A DNA stretch of 59,841 nucleotides, counting the filler, from Catajapyx aquilonaris (taxonomy: Eukaryota), in NCBI GenBank assembly GCA_000934665.2. It is 2 parts of 2 records of this genome, joined end to end, with 100 filler letters (N's around TTAATTAATTAA, not from the genome) between each part and the next. Parts side by side here need not be neighbours in the genome. Positions count along the whole stretch, not along the records: positions 29,974 to 59,841 come from KZ539203.1; 1 more part is not named here. One strand, written 5' to 3'. Positions 46,414 to 59,291 of the stretch are shown piece by piece; the stretch's first letter is position 1, and each line of letters starts with the position of its first letter. Position numbers and translations under genes: made by a program. The notes below the pieces were generated by a model that ran no database searches, had not been told where the DNA came from, and saw only the letters and a list, made by a program, of their open reading frames with translations.

Positions 46414-47887
46414 AAAACCGACTATTGGCATTGTTCGCTCTACTGTATACCGTATGTATAGAGAGCAAATATATCGATTTAACATTATGCAGTCGACCAC
46501 GATCGGGGTACGGCAAGTACTTGACACGAGCTTATATTTCTCTGGAGATCATTTGAATCGATGCACTGTAAGGATATATGGGCCGAATAACTCCAATGGG
46601 CCTGAATATCTGGACCGGTGGCGGGGCAACTTAAGTCAACGTAATCCAGAGACAAGAAGCCCATATTCCCATGCTATACCATCATGATTGTGGCAAATTT
46701 GCAGGTGCTTTGCGGATGCGTCTGTTCCCAACGCAGCCATGTGGCAGGCAACTGCGGCTGAAGCCCAAAATTGTGAACATTCTACTTGACTGTACTTCCG
46801 TCCTGAAGTCTATAGCATGATGTTTCAAGCACAGTAACGCTTCATAATTTACTCGAATTCCTGAAGCGTCTGGCCCTGCAATTCTGACTTTAGGTTACGC
46901 TTGGGTAATCCAGGAGCTGCGGTGTCCGGTGATTTACGTGCCAATTTTTGCGACACCTACCTCGAAAGACAGCGTCCGACTCCTATGGGGATTATCTCGG
47001 CAAAGTGCCTGACAGTCTAACGGGAAATGTTCCAAATGGCGGGAGTCACCTTGATAAGGATTGCAATAAATGACAGTAGGTGCGACAATTTTATTGGATA
47101 TCACAATTTGGACGGTGTTATGCAATAATGTGTGAATCCACAAAATTGTCAAAATTATCATACTTCATTCAGTTAAAATCAAGCTGGAGAAATCTGCATA
47201 GGTGTTATTTTTCTCAAAACTTTATCGTGTGGGTTGACTCATTATTGCATAACACCATCCAATTATTTCATAGGGAAAAAAGGCATCTGATTGGAGGGCG
47301 CAACCTTTTCTGATTGCAGTCATATTTACAGTTGACTGCCCTACTTTTGCACTGTAAGAAGGAACAACGTACCATGCAAGACTGGAACTGTACAGTAGGT
47401 AGTCAGACACCTACTGTACTGTAGACCGTCCTTCTCTGGCAACTCGACACCTATTCAGGCTACGGTGCGATCAATGTTGATGCTCAGCACTGCAGAACTC
47501 TACTGGACGGACTCCATACGCAGTACGCTGTTCTGGGACATACAGTTATATTCTTCTGGACAATCTCATCCTGCGGAACATTGGAATGGGATATTGTCCT
47601 TACTACGGTTTTTTGGGCAACTTTTTGACTTTGATCTGGCGGTATTATTGGCAGCTCAGCATCCATGCTGTTCATCCCCTGCATGATGTGAATGAGTTAT
47701 GAATTGATCTGCTGGCGCTGAATTTTAAAGCCTGCTTATCATCAGCTGGAATCATATTTAATATGGTCTTACTATGCCAATTTAAAAAAAAAATACAAAT
47801 ACTATTGCTAGCTATTATCCTGTTTGTGACGGATTGCCCGAGCCCTGTGACTGCGCAATATTTATAACTTTGGTAATACCCACAAGC

Positions 47888-48095
47888 CAGTGACGTAGCC
47901 AGGATTCCAGTTCGGGGGGGGGGGGGGGGGNNNNNNNNNNNNNNNNNNNNNNNNNNNNNNNNNNNNNNNNNNNNNNNNNNNNNNNNNNNNNNNNNNNNNN
48001 NNNNNNNNNNNNNNNNNNATGAATTAGTAATTTGAAAACATGATTTTTTAAAACATGACTTTAAAAAAAAAATCTACCCCCCGGCTACGTCACTG
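47888..48095. mobile_element. hAT-type MITE spanning the assembly gap 47931-48018
   Basis: CCACAAGC|CAGTGACGTAGCC ... GGCTACGTCACTG|CCACAAGC (8-bp TSD). Confidence 0.85.
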
Positions 48096-48853
48096 CCACA
48101 AGCATTGACGAAAATAACGATAACAATATCCGGGACGAATCCCATCAATTTCCGCTACTTGCGTCAGTGTAATGGACCGAAAATGTCGCTAATAAGCACA
48201 CACTGCGCAACGGGACGAACTTTCACCTTCCACATGATGAGAAATTACAAGGGGGTGGTATAGTGCAGCATAATTACATTACAGTGCCCAATAACTTAAG
48301 ACTAGGCTCATCTGAGCATTCCTGCGGATTCCACCAGTATAAGAAAGTGGGTAGGGCTTATTCATATCGCTACCCAAAACTTATTCTTCAAGGTTGCTGA
48401 GTGAGGAGTTGGTGGAATGAGATGGTGGAAGGCGAACTTACCTCAATTTTGGACCTCATTAGTGCTCTAAGGAGGCGGAGCCTTGATTAAGTCGTAACTC
48501 CGGGATATATTGTCCAGGAGAAAATTAACACCAGTATAGCTGCTACTTTTTTGTCTTCTTATGCATGAATTTTACTGATAATCTTATGGGAAATAATGTG
48601 AGTCGACCCAACATGGGGCCGAATTTACACGGCTTTTCGTTTACACTTTCTTGGAGGCGAAAAACGACCTATGTGAAATGGAAGGAAAGGCTATTGAGGT
48701 CGCCTTGTCAACCGTGTGATACCGAGCCGTGACTGACCTACAATATGACTTCCATGTAACATACGGAAGCGAAAAACGGTGTATTCTTAGTGGGATACGT
48801 CTGGTGAGGGGCCACCATAAGGTCACATCGTAGGGTTCCGTTCACTGCTGTAT

Positions 48854-49220
48854 CCGGAAGCATATACTACATAAGAGGCGCAAACATTCGATTTCAGCGT
48901 CTCTGTGTTTGGGGCGTTGCCAAGGCTGGCTTCCATTTTGAAGTGTGGGCAACGCCAACGAGGTATAAATAGGGTACATGCAAAAATAGGGTCCGCCATC
49001 TTTGATTCGCGCGTGTTCTTGCCGTGTAGTTGCCATGGCCGCCAAAACCATCAAAGATGGGGGACTCTATTTTTGCCTGTACCCTATTTATACCTCGTTG
49101 GCGTTCCCCACACTTCAAAATGGCCGCCAGCCGTGGCAACGGCCCCAAAACAGAGAGACGCGGACATCAAAGGCGCCGACAGAAGTTTGCGCCTCTTAGC
49201 TATGTAGTATATGCTCCCTG
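48854..49220. mobile_element. Foldback MITE with 7-bp TSD (P/Galileo-like), copy 1
   Basis: GCTGTAT|CCGGAAGCATATACTACATAAGAGGCGCAAAC ... GTAGTATATGCTCCCTG|GCTGTAT. Almost wholly palindromic. Confidence 0.85.
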
Positions 49221-49258
49221 GCTGTATATTGAACATAAGAAAAAACTGTGCTATATTT

Positions 49259-49562
49259 AATAATTTAATAATTTGATACCCCATTATCAGCCTACCGGGC
49301 TTTTCTAGGGGGGGATTTTTCCCACTTTTTTGTCTGGAACTCTTCCATTTTTACTACTTTTTCTCATCGGAATGAAGCAGGGATAGGGAAGGAAGGAAGC
49401 GGCTGTGGCCTATGATTACGGTAACGACCCCGGAATTATCCTGCAAGGACCATGGGAAACCACAGAAAACCATGGTCAGGGTCGCCGGCCTCCGGGATTC
49501 GAACCTAGGACCTCCCGATTAGCAGTCGGACACCCTATCCACTCCACCACTACTGCTTCGGT
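49259..49562 (-). mobile_element. tRNA-derived SINE, family 1
   Basis: Same head and body as 35331. TSD GTGC(T/G)ATATTTAATAA. Confidence 0.88.
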
Positions 49563-51452
49563 GTGCGATATTTAATAACGTTATGCAGCTAGATTATTTC
49601 AAAAAAAAAAAATAGCTGCAAGGGAATCACCAAGTGGTCATTTTTCTTCACAATATCGTCCACTAATTTTGACTCGGAGCGAGAATAATAAATGACAGTT
49701 AGGGGGACAGAGCCACCATATTTTTAATCGCCCAAACTATACAAATATAGAGCGCTATAATTTGCAATATACCCTTTTGACAGAATTTCCATGCATATTG
49801 AACATTATGAAATGGCGGAGTTATAGTTTGCAACATTTCGACATGGTGTAGTATTTCACTGGATTCCCGCGCGAATTTTGCGCGTGGAATGCACCGAGTA
49901 TATAATAGTAAATGTAGTGAATCCAATTAGGCCCATTATGGTTTGTTCAATCGGCAATATAAAAGTATATATGGATGCGTTTCAAAAACATGGAATATTC
50001 AAGCCCCGCACTGAACACTGATCGCAGTCCCTCCCCCCTACCCCCCTCCCCCCACCCCCTCTGCGTGATGTACTGTGCCCTCGGGACACTGGTACTTTGG
50101 ATGTATAACAAGGCATATAATTATGTAGATGACTATCTGTACAAAGTGGAGAGTTGCGACGCCGAAGTCGCGTCCTCATGAGATGGTTAGACACGGATCC
50201 TGCAGGCTACATCTGACAGAATCACTCTCAACAAAGACCTTTATTTCGCGCTCATCCAGTTACATGCCAATTTGACCATACTCTTCATCAAAAATGTTTT
50301 GGACATGTATACAACAATCAGTAAAAGCCGGTAAAAGCTGACGGGGGTCTCCATAAGGCTAGGGTAGGAGTTTCCATAAGGCTAGGGTAGCTCATGCTTG
50401 TGGCTAAGTGTAATGCTAATACTGCGTAGTATGACACTATGCGCAGTATGCTGTAGGCTAGATCATCCTGCTGTATATTCCGGCTTAGTTGCTGGAGATA
50501 ATGACGTAATCCATTGACATGCGGTGGATTGTAAGAACAGTTCATTTCACAGATGTGGCGTTGTGTGGATGCAAGTTAGGGGGAAACAAGACTAATCGCT
50601 TTATCCTATTATAACGCTACGCTGACACGGTCTTCGCAGCGGATTCGTTTCAGCGATGATTATGTTGTTCTGTGGGAAGCATCACAGGGTCATGGAAGCA
50701 TCGAGAGGACTACCTTCAACATGGTATGAACAGCCGGATTTGGCTAATTTTTAATAGCTTCGAGCTTTAATAACGTGGAATTATTCGTGAAACTGGCATT
50801 TTTTTGTGTATTCGTGTACCGAAACCCGTTACTTTTTACTGCAGACATTTCGCATAATAACGTTGCGCCATGAAAGTCGCCATGTTGGAATCATCCTATC
50901 TTATCGTAATTGCCAACAACACACGGGTCCGATCGTTACCAACTCTCATAACATGTAAATCCGAATGCACCCATTAATCAACTAAGGCAACTGCGCTTAG
51001 AGACGAGATTTCTCTCTGAATTGTAATTAAATTACTGGACGGAACTGAACGTGGCGATCATATTCCAAATGGCGATCATATTTCAAATGGCGTAAAGGTG
51101 CCCTGTTTCCACCCAAAATAATGCTCTGAATATGCAATACAGTTCGTAATAGCGTATGGAAGTCAACTGTCGTAAACTGACTTATTTCAACCAATATCTC
51201 AACACTGTTCAAATGCACTTTATACTTCCGCTGCTAGTTTGGGGATCCCACTGCAGCACATAGAGCCACTGCCGCACTGCTGATTGCACCTCCACGTTCG
51301 AATTAAACTTCCTCCCAACCACTTTTTCCACCAGGCCTAATAGGTTTTACTTACTGGGAACAAGGTCGGGACAGTACAGGTAGTACAATAGTTGCAAGAA
51401 ACCTGCCAAGTAAAAACCACTATTCTAACACTGATGTAATTTTATTTATTTA

Positions 51453-51767
51453 CTAGCTGCGGCACCCGGCGTTGCCCGGGAAGAAATGAATGAAGGGAAA
51501 ATACCTGCCAGTACCCCCTGTCAACTGTTAGGCTTTCTGTGTGTCCGCCCACCAATGCCATCTGTGGTCCTGCTACTCCAACACCTTCAACCTCTCCCGC
51601 CTGTATAACGGCAACCGTCATTTGCCTGCCATCTGTAGTCAACCCCCAACACCTCCATCCTGTCCCGGCCTGGGGGTGGAGCACAGATGGCAGGCAAATG
51701 AAGGTTGGCAGGCGGACAGACAGACAGACTCCCAAACGGCTTTATTTATTTATTTATTTATATATAT
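51453..51767 (-). mobile_element. Non-autonomous Helitron (Lep1-like architecture)
   Basis: Minus-strand 3' end CCCGGGCAACGCCGGG hairpin + TGCCGCAGCTAG|T. (CTGT)n near the AT-rich 5' end. Confidence 0.7.
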
Positions 51768-51768
51768 G

Positions 51769-52193
51769 CAGGGTGTATCTGAACTCAGTGCCCCGACGTA
51801 TATGACTGCCTTCCTAGCCACCAGAGGATCGATTTAAGTATAGGAGTCATTATGTCTGGCCGCCGCATTACTGAGATAATTGGCCGCAAACATGTAGTAC
51901 AAAATATCCTGTCGGTTAGGCCACCCATCGAACCCTCCCCCAGTCAGAAGGCTCTGGAAGGTCTGGGGGCTGGACTTTGTTGGTTTGTTGCTCACAGGTG
52001 GTAAGGCCTCTTTGGCTAGTTACACCAGAAAATTCTATTTCAAAGTCAGAAGGAGCGATTAGGCAAAAATAGCTAAAGAGTGTATCTCAGTAATGAGGCT
52101 GCCCAGACATAATGACTCCTCTACATAAGTTGATCCTCTGGTGGCTAGGAAGGCAGTCATATACGTCGGGGCACTGAGTTCAGATACACCCAG
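51769..52193. mobile_element. Tc1/mariner-type MITE with ~110-bp TIRs
   Basis: CAGGGTGTATCTGAACTCAGTGCCCCGACGTATATGACTGCCTTCCTAGCCACCAGAGGATC is mirrored at 52132-52193. Confidence 0.85.
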
Positions 52194-52199
52194 TATTTA

Positions 52200-52454
52200 C
52201 ACCGTTGGGAGAATCGGGGATTCATTAGGGGGGTGGAATACTACCATTTTCTTAACTTTTTCTTCACACATGGGTGACCGTCCAAGGATAGAGAAGGAAT
52301 GAAGCGGCTGTGGCGTATTGTACGGAAGCGACCCCGGAATTATCCTGGGGGGACCGTGGAAAACCACGGTCAGGGTCGCAGGCCCCGGGAATCGAACCCA
52401 CGACCTCCCAATTTGCAGGCGGACTCCTTGACAACTACACCAACCTGCTTCGGT
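52200..52454 (-). mobile_element. tRNA-derived SINE, family 1 (diverged)
   Basis: GAAAACCACGGTCAGGGTCG..GGGAATCGAACCC..CTGCTTCGGT. Confidence 0.75.
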
Positions 52455-53373
52455 GCACTGATGTAATTAAAATCAGGACCATCAGGATGTCTTCGTATAT
52501 ATTACGTGTGTGGTATGAAAAAAAGCTGTTACAGACGATTAAAAAATTACTTATATAGACCCTAAACGGAGAGCAGTGATGGGAAATGTGATTAGTACGA
52601 TTGCACAAAAAAAAGTATCTGCATTGTTCAGGATGATATACGTGTAGCGTAATTACTCTGGATGTTGGGGTAGCGAAAGTAATGTGTTTACTATGATGCG
52701 GCATGGTGCTTTTAAATTCAAAACCAGCATGAGGATCTACGCCATGATGCGGAGTTACCGAATTATCATTACTTACACCGGATGAAAGCCGGCTTGATTT
52801 TTAGGGGCAGATGACGTGTATTGTTGCGGACATGTTGAGTACGAAATGCAAATTGACTTTTTATGATTTATGACACGCGCATAGTGCGGAAACCATTTTG
52901 ATCCATCAGTACACAGTAATGACCACGTCACAGAACAAGGTCAGTGTTTTTTGGTAAAGAAAAACCACATTTACGTTGTCTTCGAGCATATAGACACACC
53001 CTACCAAAAACCAAGTGTGCCACCCTGGAAACTTGGGTTTAGGAGCTGGCCGTTAAAAACCCGAGTTTTATTAGGCACGCGGAACGAGTAGACAAAAGAA
53101 TAGAATCTGGAGAATTGGTGGACATAAAATATGCGCTGCCATATCTGTGAAATTTTGACGTCATATCTCACTGCTCAGTTGGGTTTGCCATGATTCTGGC
53201 TTATACACAAAGGATCTTGATATGTCCATTCGCATATCTGATTTTTATAATTACTTGTCAGTTCTACCCAAATGTCGTCTTGAACAACTGTCGAGGCACT
53301 ATTGTTTGTTTAGTGCAATGGTAGGCTCTTTTTTATGCTTAGAAGAAACATTACTTTAGTAGAAATTAGCCCC

Positions 53374-54101
53374 CGGACACTTCCCATATTATCTTATCTT
53401 ATCGCCTGCCGGGTCGTTTTTCATGAGAATCTCACCTGAGAGCGCCATGAGACCTTTCACGGAGCAATTATGTGGCGACCCTACCGGACTACGCTGAACT
53501 TTATAGGTACAAAGGTACATTGGGCCCGCATGTAGCGGCTTCTCTGTTACCTTAGTTCAGCGTAGTCCGGTAGGGTCGCCACATAAGCGCAATGAAAAGC
53601 TGTCCTATGGCGCTCTCAAGTGAGCACCTCATCAGGGAGCATAATTATACTACATAAGAGGCGCAAACATTCCATTTTTCCGTCTCTCTGTTTTGGGCGT
53701 TACCAAGGCTGGCGGCCATTTTGAAGTGTGTGTGGTACGCCAACGAGGTATAAATAGGGTACAGGCAGGCCGTCAAGGTCCGCCATCTTTGATGGTTTTG
53801 GCTTCCATGGCAATACACGGCAATAACAATTTACTTACCCATTTTTCCAGTATCGAATTCAAATTCGTGCGTGTTCTTGACGTGTAGTTGCCACGGCCGC
53901 CAAAACCATCAAAGATGGCGGACCCTATTTATACCTCGTTGGCGTTCCACACACTTCAAAATGGCCGCCAGCCTTGGCAACGCACTATAAACAGAGAGAC
54001 TCGAACATCAAAGGCGCCGACAGAAGTTTGCGCCTCTTATGTAGTATATGCTCCCTGACCTCATGCAAAACGCCCCGGCAAGCGATAAGAGGGAGTGTCC
54101 A
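53374..54101. mobile_element. Foldback element interrupted by the 7-bp-TSD MITE
   Basis: TTATGTGGCGACCCTACCGGACTACGCTGAACT / AGTTCAGCGTAGTCCGGTAGGGTCGCCACATAA perfect inverted pair. Outer CTTATCGCCTGCCGGG / CCCGGCAAGCGATAAG resumes after the insertion. Confidence 0.75.
53633..54057. mobile_element. Foldback MITE with 7-bp TSD (P/Galileo-like), copy 2
   Basis: ACCTCAT|CAGGGAGCATA..CTACATAAGAGGCGCAAAC ... TATGCTCCCTG|ACCTCAT. Confidence 0.85.
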
Positions 54102-54132
54102 GACCTTAGTATTCTAAGACCATGGTAGAAAT

Positions 54133-54429
54133 CATGGAGGTAGTATCTAGTGGAGGTGGTGTGACGTCACGAATTGGGTTTCTGTTTTCCCCCCTATTTT
54201 CCCCCATGGGTCATACTAATATGGCGGCCGGGAGAAGCCTGAGTGGCCAGTGGGGGGGGGGGGTGATGTCCCGAACTTGACGCCTATTGGTCCCCACCCC
54301 TACTTTGCCCCCTACTTTCTGGGACATAGTAAGATGGCCGCCGTTCCAGATTAAGCCACGCCCCCTGGTACAATTTTCCATAATGAGGGGGATAGGGGAC
54401 ACCACCTCCATAGTATTCCTTCCTCCAAG
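54133..54429. mobile_element. MITE with 8-bp TSD (P- or hAT-type)
   Basis: GTAGAAAT|CATGGAGG..TGGAGGTGGTGT ... ACACCACCTCCA..CCTCCAAG|GTAGAAAT. Confidence 0.7.
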
Positions 54430-55490
54430 GTAGAAATCATGCATTTGCGCCCATTTGTTCAGATACCCTGGATATATGTGCACCCACTTCCACTAGGACG
54501 CTAACGACAGATGGCGCAGTACCGGTACGTGATAAAATCGCGCGCCAATTTTGAACTCAGTACATACAGCTGCATGGGCACGACTTTTCGTGACACCCTG
54601 TGTAACAAATAGCCGAGAAATTCGTAGCGCAAATGTAATGCCACTATGAGGCTTCCTTTTGAGCATGCGAATGTGGGTGAAACGTAGAGTGTCCCTTCAT
54701 CCCGGATTATTCGCGCATTTTGACGACTAGTCCTGACATTAGGATCACGGATGAGCGAATGTGGTACAGAATAGTGCGGGCGTCAAAACGAGTATACTCG
54801 CACTACTTACCACTGTCGATTTAGGTACAAGTACTCAAGTTTGAGCAGAAGGAGAAGTAAAGCCCCTGAGTGCACTTTGAAAAGCAAGCTTTGCCCGCCT
54901 AGCCGCAGAGCGATGGTCCAGTCATCTAGCACTACAGACCCTCGGATTTCAAAGGAAATCGAATCAACTAACTGTGTATCGTCCAGCAGACGGGACGGAC
55001 GGACGGACGGAAGGAAGGACGGAAGGAAGCGAGGCTTTCCGATCGATTTGCGCATGGTTATTCCTACGGTACATCCCTGCTTGTTTTCCTACACTCTCTC
55101 ATGCAAATGTTACGTGCTAGTCTTCACGTGGTCGCAAAACTGGATATCGAACTACGGAGGGAGGCAGGACATTCCTGTTTTCTTTGTTTTCTGAACGAGC
55201 CGAAACGAGCGAGCGTTTATAGCAGATATGTTTCGAAAAACATGTTGATATTTTTTTCCGATTTATCTCAGAGTTTTGGCATAACGTGCATCGTACTTCA
55301 GTATGTGCGAACAGTATTAGTTTTTCCCGTTTGGAGGCTGAACATTATTTAAAAAATTATTACCGCCATTTTCAATACGAAATATCGTATTATTTTATTG
55401 GTCATTTGAAGTGAAGTGATGTCCACGCAACTGATGCTACAACTTGTGGAATACTACTTCAAAATTACAAGATTAGGATGAAATTAATTT

Positions 55491-55799
55491 TTCATTCATT
55501 CATTTATTTATTATTTATGTTTTAATTATGGTACCCCGTGATAGAGCTCGTGGCTCTCTTAGGGGGGAAGGGGGAAGTTCCCAAGGGAAGGCGCCGGGCG
55601 ATAGCCATTTCTGACATTTTTAAAACACCAGACCTTATCTCCTGGCCCCGAGCAGAGAAGGGAGTGCAATTCTGCACCGGCATGTCGGGTGAAAAGCGGA
55701 AAAAGGCCCGGCCAAGCAGAGGTGACGGGGACGGGATTTGAACCCCGGCCTCCCGATTGGCTGACCAGCGGCGTAACCGATAGACACCATGCCGCCCTT
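55491..55799 (-). mobile_element. tRNA-derived SINE (distinct head, shared tail)
   Basis: GGGCGGCATGGTGTCTATCGG..GGTTCAAATCCC head, (AAAT)/(AATG) tail, TSD GGATG(A/G)AATTAATTT. Confidence 0.75.
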
Positions 55800-55951
55800 G
55801 GATGGAATTAATTTAAACCTAGATTCTTCCACAGGGAGCACCTAATTTTTTAACTTTTCTTGTCTCATTAACTAATACTGAGTAGCAGCTACAAGTTTTT
55901 GGTGTCTCGTAAAGGAACACTACTGTATAGTGACAGACTCTTAACACATTA

Positions 55952-56295
55952 CTATAGTAATCGGTTGCCAAAATTTGGCACTGAAAAGTGGTTAGTGTGG
56001 TAAATCCAGCAGCATCGAAGCGACATCTGACGGTAACGTGCAGAAGTAAGAGAGTGGTGACCAAGCAGGTGGCGCCCTGCGCGGCGGAAATGAGGATTCC
56101 GCGGAACTGGCGACGTCGATTGTTTTGCGTTTTTTGCGTTTTATAAATTCCAAGAGCACTATTTCCAAAAAAACAAAAGTGGTTTGCAAATATAGAAAAC
56201 GCGGGCAAAATTTTGACCCTACTCCCATTGCTGTAGACCGTACGGTGCGGGAGGAGTTACCATTACAGTCGGGTATTAAAGAACCTTCTAATGAT
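55952..56295 (-). mobile_element. Non-autonomous Helitron, diverged copy of 44210-44517
   Basis: TGCCAAAATTTGGCA hairpin at 55966-55980. Shared GCATCGAAGCGACAT..CAGAAGTAAG..GTGGTTTGCAAATATAGAAAAC..TGCGGGAGGAGTT. Confidence 0.7.
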
Positions 56296-58349
56296 TGGGG
56301 GTCAGCGCTAGGTAACAATGGAAATAAAAGTTGGCAAGAAGTTTCAAGCCTTGTTGATCCGGTCAATGACTAATAAAGTCATTTCGGACATAAACTCACT
56401 GTATAGTTCACTGTACAAAAGATATAGTCGAATGACCACTAAGCATAAAAATGTCATTAGAGGTAAATCATAGACTAAATGTTAAAAAAATGAAGCATAG
56501 GATCCACACTTTTAGCTGACAAGTAAGTTACTCATAGCAGTTAAAAGAATGAATTGGTTGGCGGTAGTAGCGAAATTTATGCCACAGAATTCTAAGGTAG
56601 AACTTCATTCCCATCAGTGACGTATAGCCAAGAAGGAACGAATTACACGACCACCTCTGTCGATGCTATCGACTTCCTAGAGAAGTGGTTCTCATATTTT
56701 CTTCTTGTTTTTGTGGACCATTGCAGTGATGCTCAAAAATCCGCCGAACCTCCAACCTCCTACGCGCCAAAAACCACTAGCATTTTTTTTTTTTTGGAAA
56801 AGCAAGAAGTAAATGTGATCTTCCATCATTTGAGATTAGCGCGAATTCAGTCAATTTGATCGCAATTTACGAAACGCATTTTCATGTCTGCGGGTATGGA
56901 GAAGCGGAACAGGCGTGCGGGTGCAGCCTGTCATTATGGAGTGACCGTGGGGAATGCACAAACACAAGTAGGCCTATGTGGTCAGAATGGCTGATCCAAT
57001 CGGCTAATACTCACACTGACCGTTCAAATAGGGTGCCGCCATTTTCACTGAGAATGACGTGTGAATGTTGTCGGAAACTGCGGGAACACTGTCAGCAAGT
57101 TCGCCACACATGGGGTGATATCACTATTCTTCCACGCACTCGCAGCGGACCCATATAGGGGGATAGAAAGGTGCAACGTATGGCATTTTTTTCTGTTTTT
57201 ATATCAGTTTAACGTTAAAGTGAGTTCATTTGAGCTAAGCCGATTTCACCAAGGTGGTTACTCGATAGGCTACTTCAAATGCAAATCGCTAGTATAAAGT
57301 TACAGATTAGGGAACGGAAAATGAGTTTGTTCAATTAAATAAGGTAGGATACAATGCACATTATATTAGCCTACTTATCTTCGAGCAGGTACACAAGCAA
57401 TATTGTATTCTTTGTTTTAAAGCAAAGTGATTATTGGATACAACAGCTGTAGAAGAGCTGAATAAGCAGAAGAGAGGTTCCTCTACTCTTCCCTTTGTAC
57501 AGATCAGCTGTTGTACTGTAGTTACAATCGCTCCCTACCTAATTGTTCCCTACCATATTCTTCTCTCCATCACCGTTGTTATAGGTAAAACTAATTTACT
57601 CCTGCTGTAGGTAACATCAACCAAGAACCTGGAAGAATTGTTACAAATTGAGCAGGAAACATTAGGCCCACATACGGGCTCCAGGCTCCCTTAGGAATAG
57701 CCTACTCCCTACTGCATCCTTCAGCCTCGTATCTGTGCTGGCCTCCAATCTTCCACAAGACACTGTTTCTTTGTTGTACAGTAGAGCCAGAATATGTAAA
57801 AAGGCCAGGAATGGAAACTATTCAGCCGTTGTTCTGCACTTGACACCTAATCTGTCTCCCATCGCGGCCAGTTGTAACCCAAGAAATGAGGAACGCCTTC
57901 CGCATAGTCTGGTTACTCAGACTTTAAGCGATCTTGTGAAAGACGGGTGAATTATTACCCTATTTAAGAGTGTTATAAGTCAACTATACTGTAATTCCAT
58001 GCGGATAGTTATTGCTTAATGAAACTTTCTCGATTTTACCGAAGCAACGATTATATATTACAGTGCGGTGTTACAAACTTTTGGCACGAACAAGGTGCAG
58101 CTGTAGCTCTATAGGGATGAGCTTGCAAATTGCATTAACTCCTGTTTAAATTAGGCTTCATTATGACATGCTACTGCTACAGGTCTCAAAGCAAAACACT
58201 GTTGAATAATCCGTTAGAATATATCATTAAGATTGAGCTTTTTTTTTTTTGTATACAGCAGTTACGTGTCTTTGTGGAGACAGCAATGCAGAATGTACTG
58301 TGATCAGAAATATTTTTATTTAAAACATTTTAGATACAGCAAGGCTATA

Positions 58350-58646
58350 TATAATTTGTACCGCGTGCTAGAGCCATGGGTCCTCTTAGGGGGGTGGGAT
58401 ACCACCATATTTTTTAAATATCTGGAACTCTTGCTTTCGTTTTTACTTCTCGTATATGGGGATGGGATAGGAACGGAAGGAAGCGGCTGTGACCTATAAT
58501 TACGGACACGACCCCGGAATTTTTCTGGTGAGACCAGGGGAAACCACAGAAAACCACGGTCAGGGTCGGCGGCCACCGGGATTCGAAACCAGGACCTCCC
58601 GATTAGCAGTCGGATACCATATCCCCTCCGCTACCACTGCTTCGGT
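58350..58646 (-). mobile_element. tRNA-derived SINE, family 1
   Basis: Same head and body as 35331 and 49259. Confidence 0.85.
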
Positions 58647-59291
58647 GCCTTGATAAAAGCTACATCTGATAAAGAGTTGCATGTGGAGCTTCTACGCTTC
58701 ACTGTTCATTCTTATGGGTTAGTAGGCCTATGTTCCGCAAACAATTTTTGCAATATGCAGTGTAGGTCCAAAAGCTGGCGTTGCGTAATAATCATCGTAA
58801 GAGTAAACAATGCTGAAGGCACACAGCCCTGAGGCTGGAGGATATAAATGAACATCTAGAATATAAATGTTGTATTTATGTAATGCACAGCATGATGTAG
58901 TTGGGTTTATACAGATGGCATGTCAGCCCTTGCGAGCTAGTTGTGTCATTTACAAAGCTGCAGAGTGTTGATCAGGTGCACAAGTTTGCGTGACAAACTA
59001 GACTAAACCCAAGCTCAACTTATTAGTAAAATGTATACTGTCAATATTCTGTACAATGGTATACAATATGTTGCCCAAATCATGTGTGATGTCATTACAT
59101 TTTACTAGACACTTTCCAAGATAATAATTTTTCTGTCATTACCGTAACGACTGATTATTTTTTTGCATAAATTTGGTAAAACGTTACTTTTTCTTACAGA
59201 AATTCTATATAAGCATATACACTACTTCCCACACCTTCACAACGTGGAAATAAAATTACCATCTTCATAATCTGACACACTTGCAAGTATT

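Noticed and set aside
18743..46687. ORFs with poly-L/I/N or ER/SL runs (18743, 18750, 20494, 40168, 46241-46527)
   Set aside because: Translations of (AG)n and (ATT)n microsatellites.
50345..50390. TCCATAAGGCTAGGGTAG duplicated and similar to 6237-6261
   Set aside because: Too short to classify; probably a fragment of a dispersed repeat.
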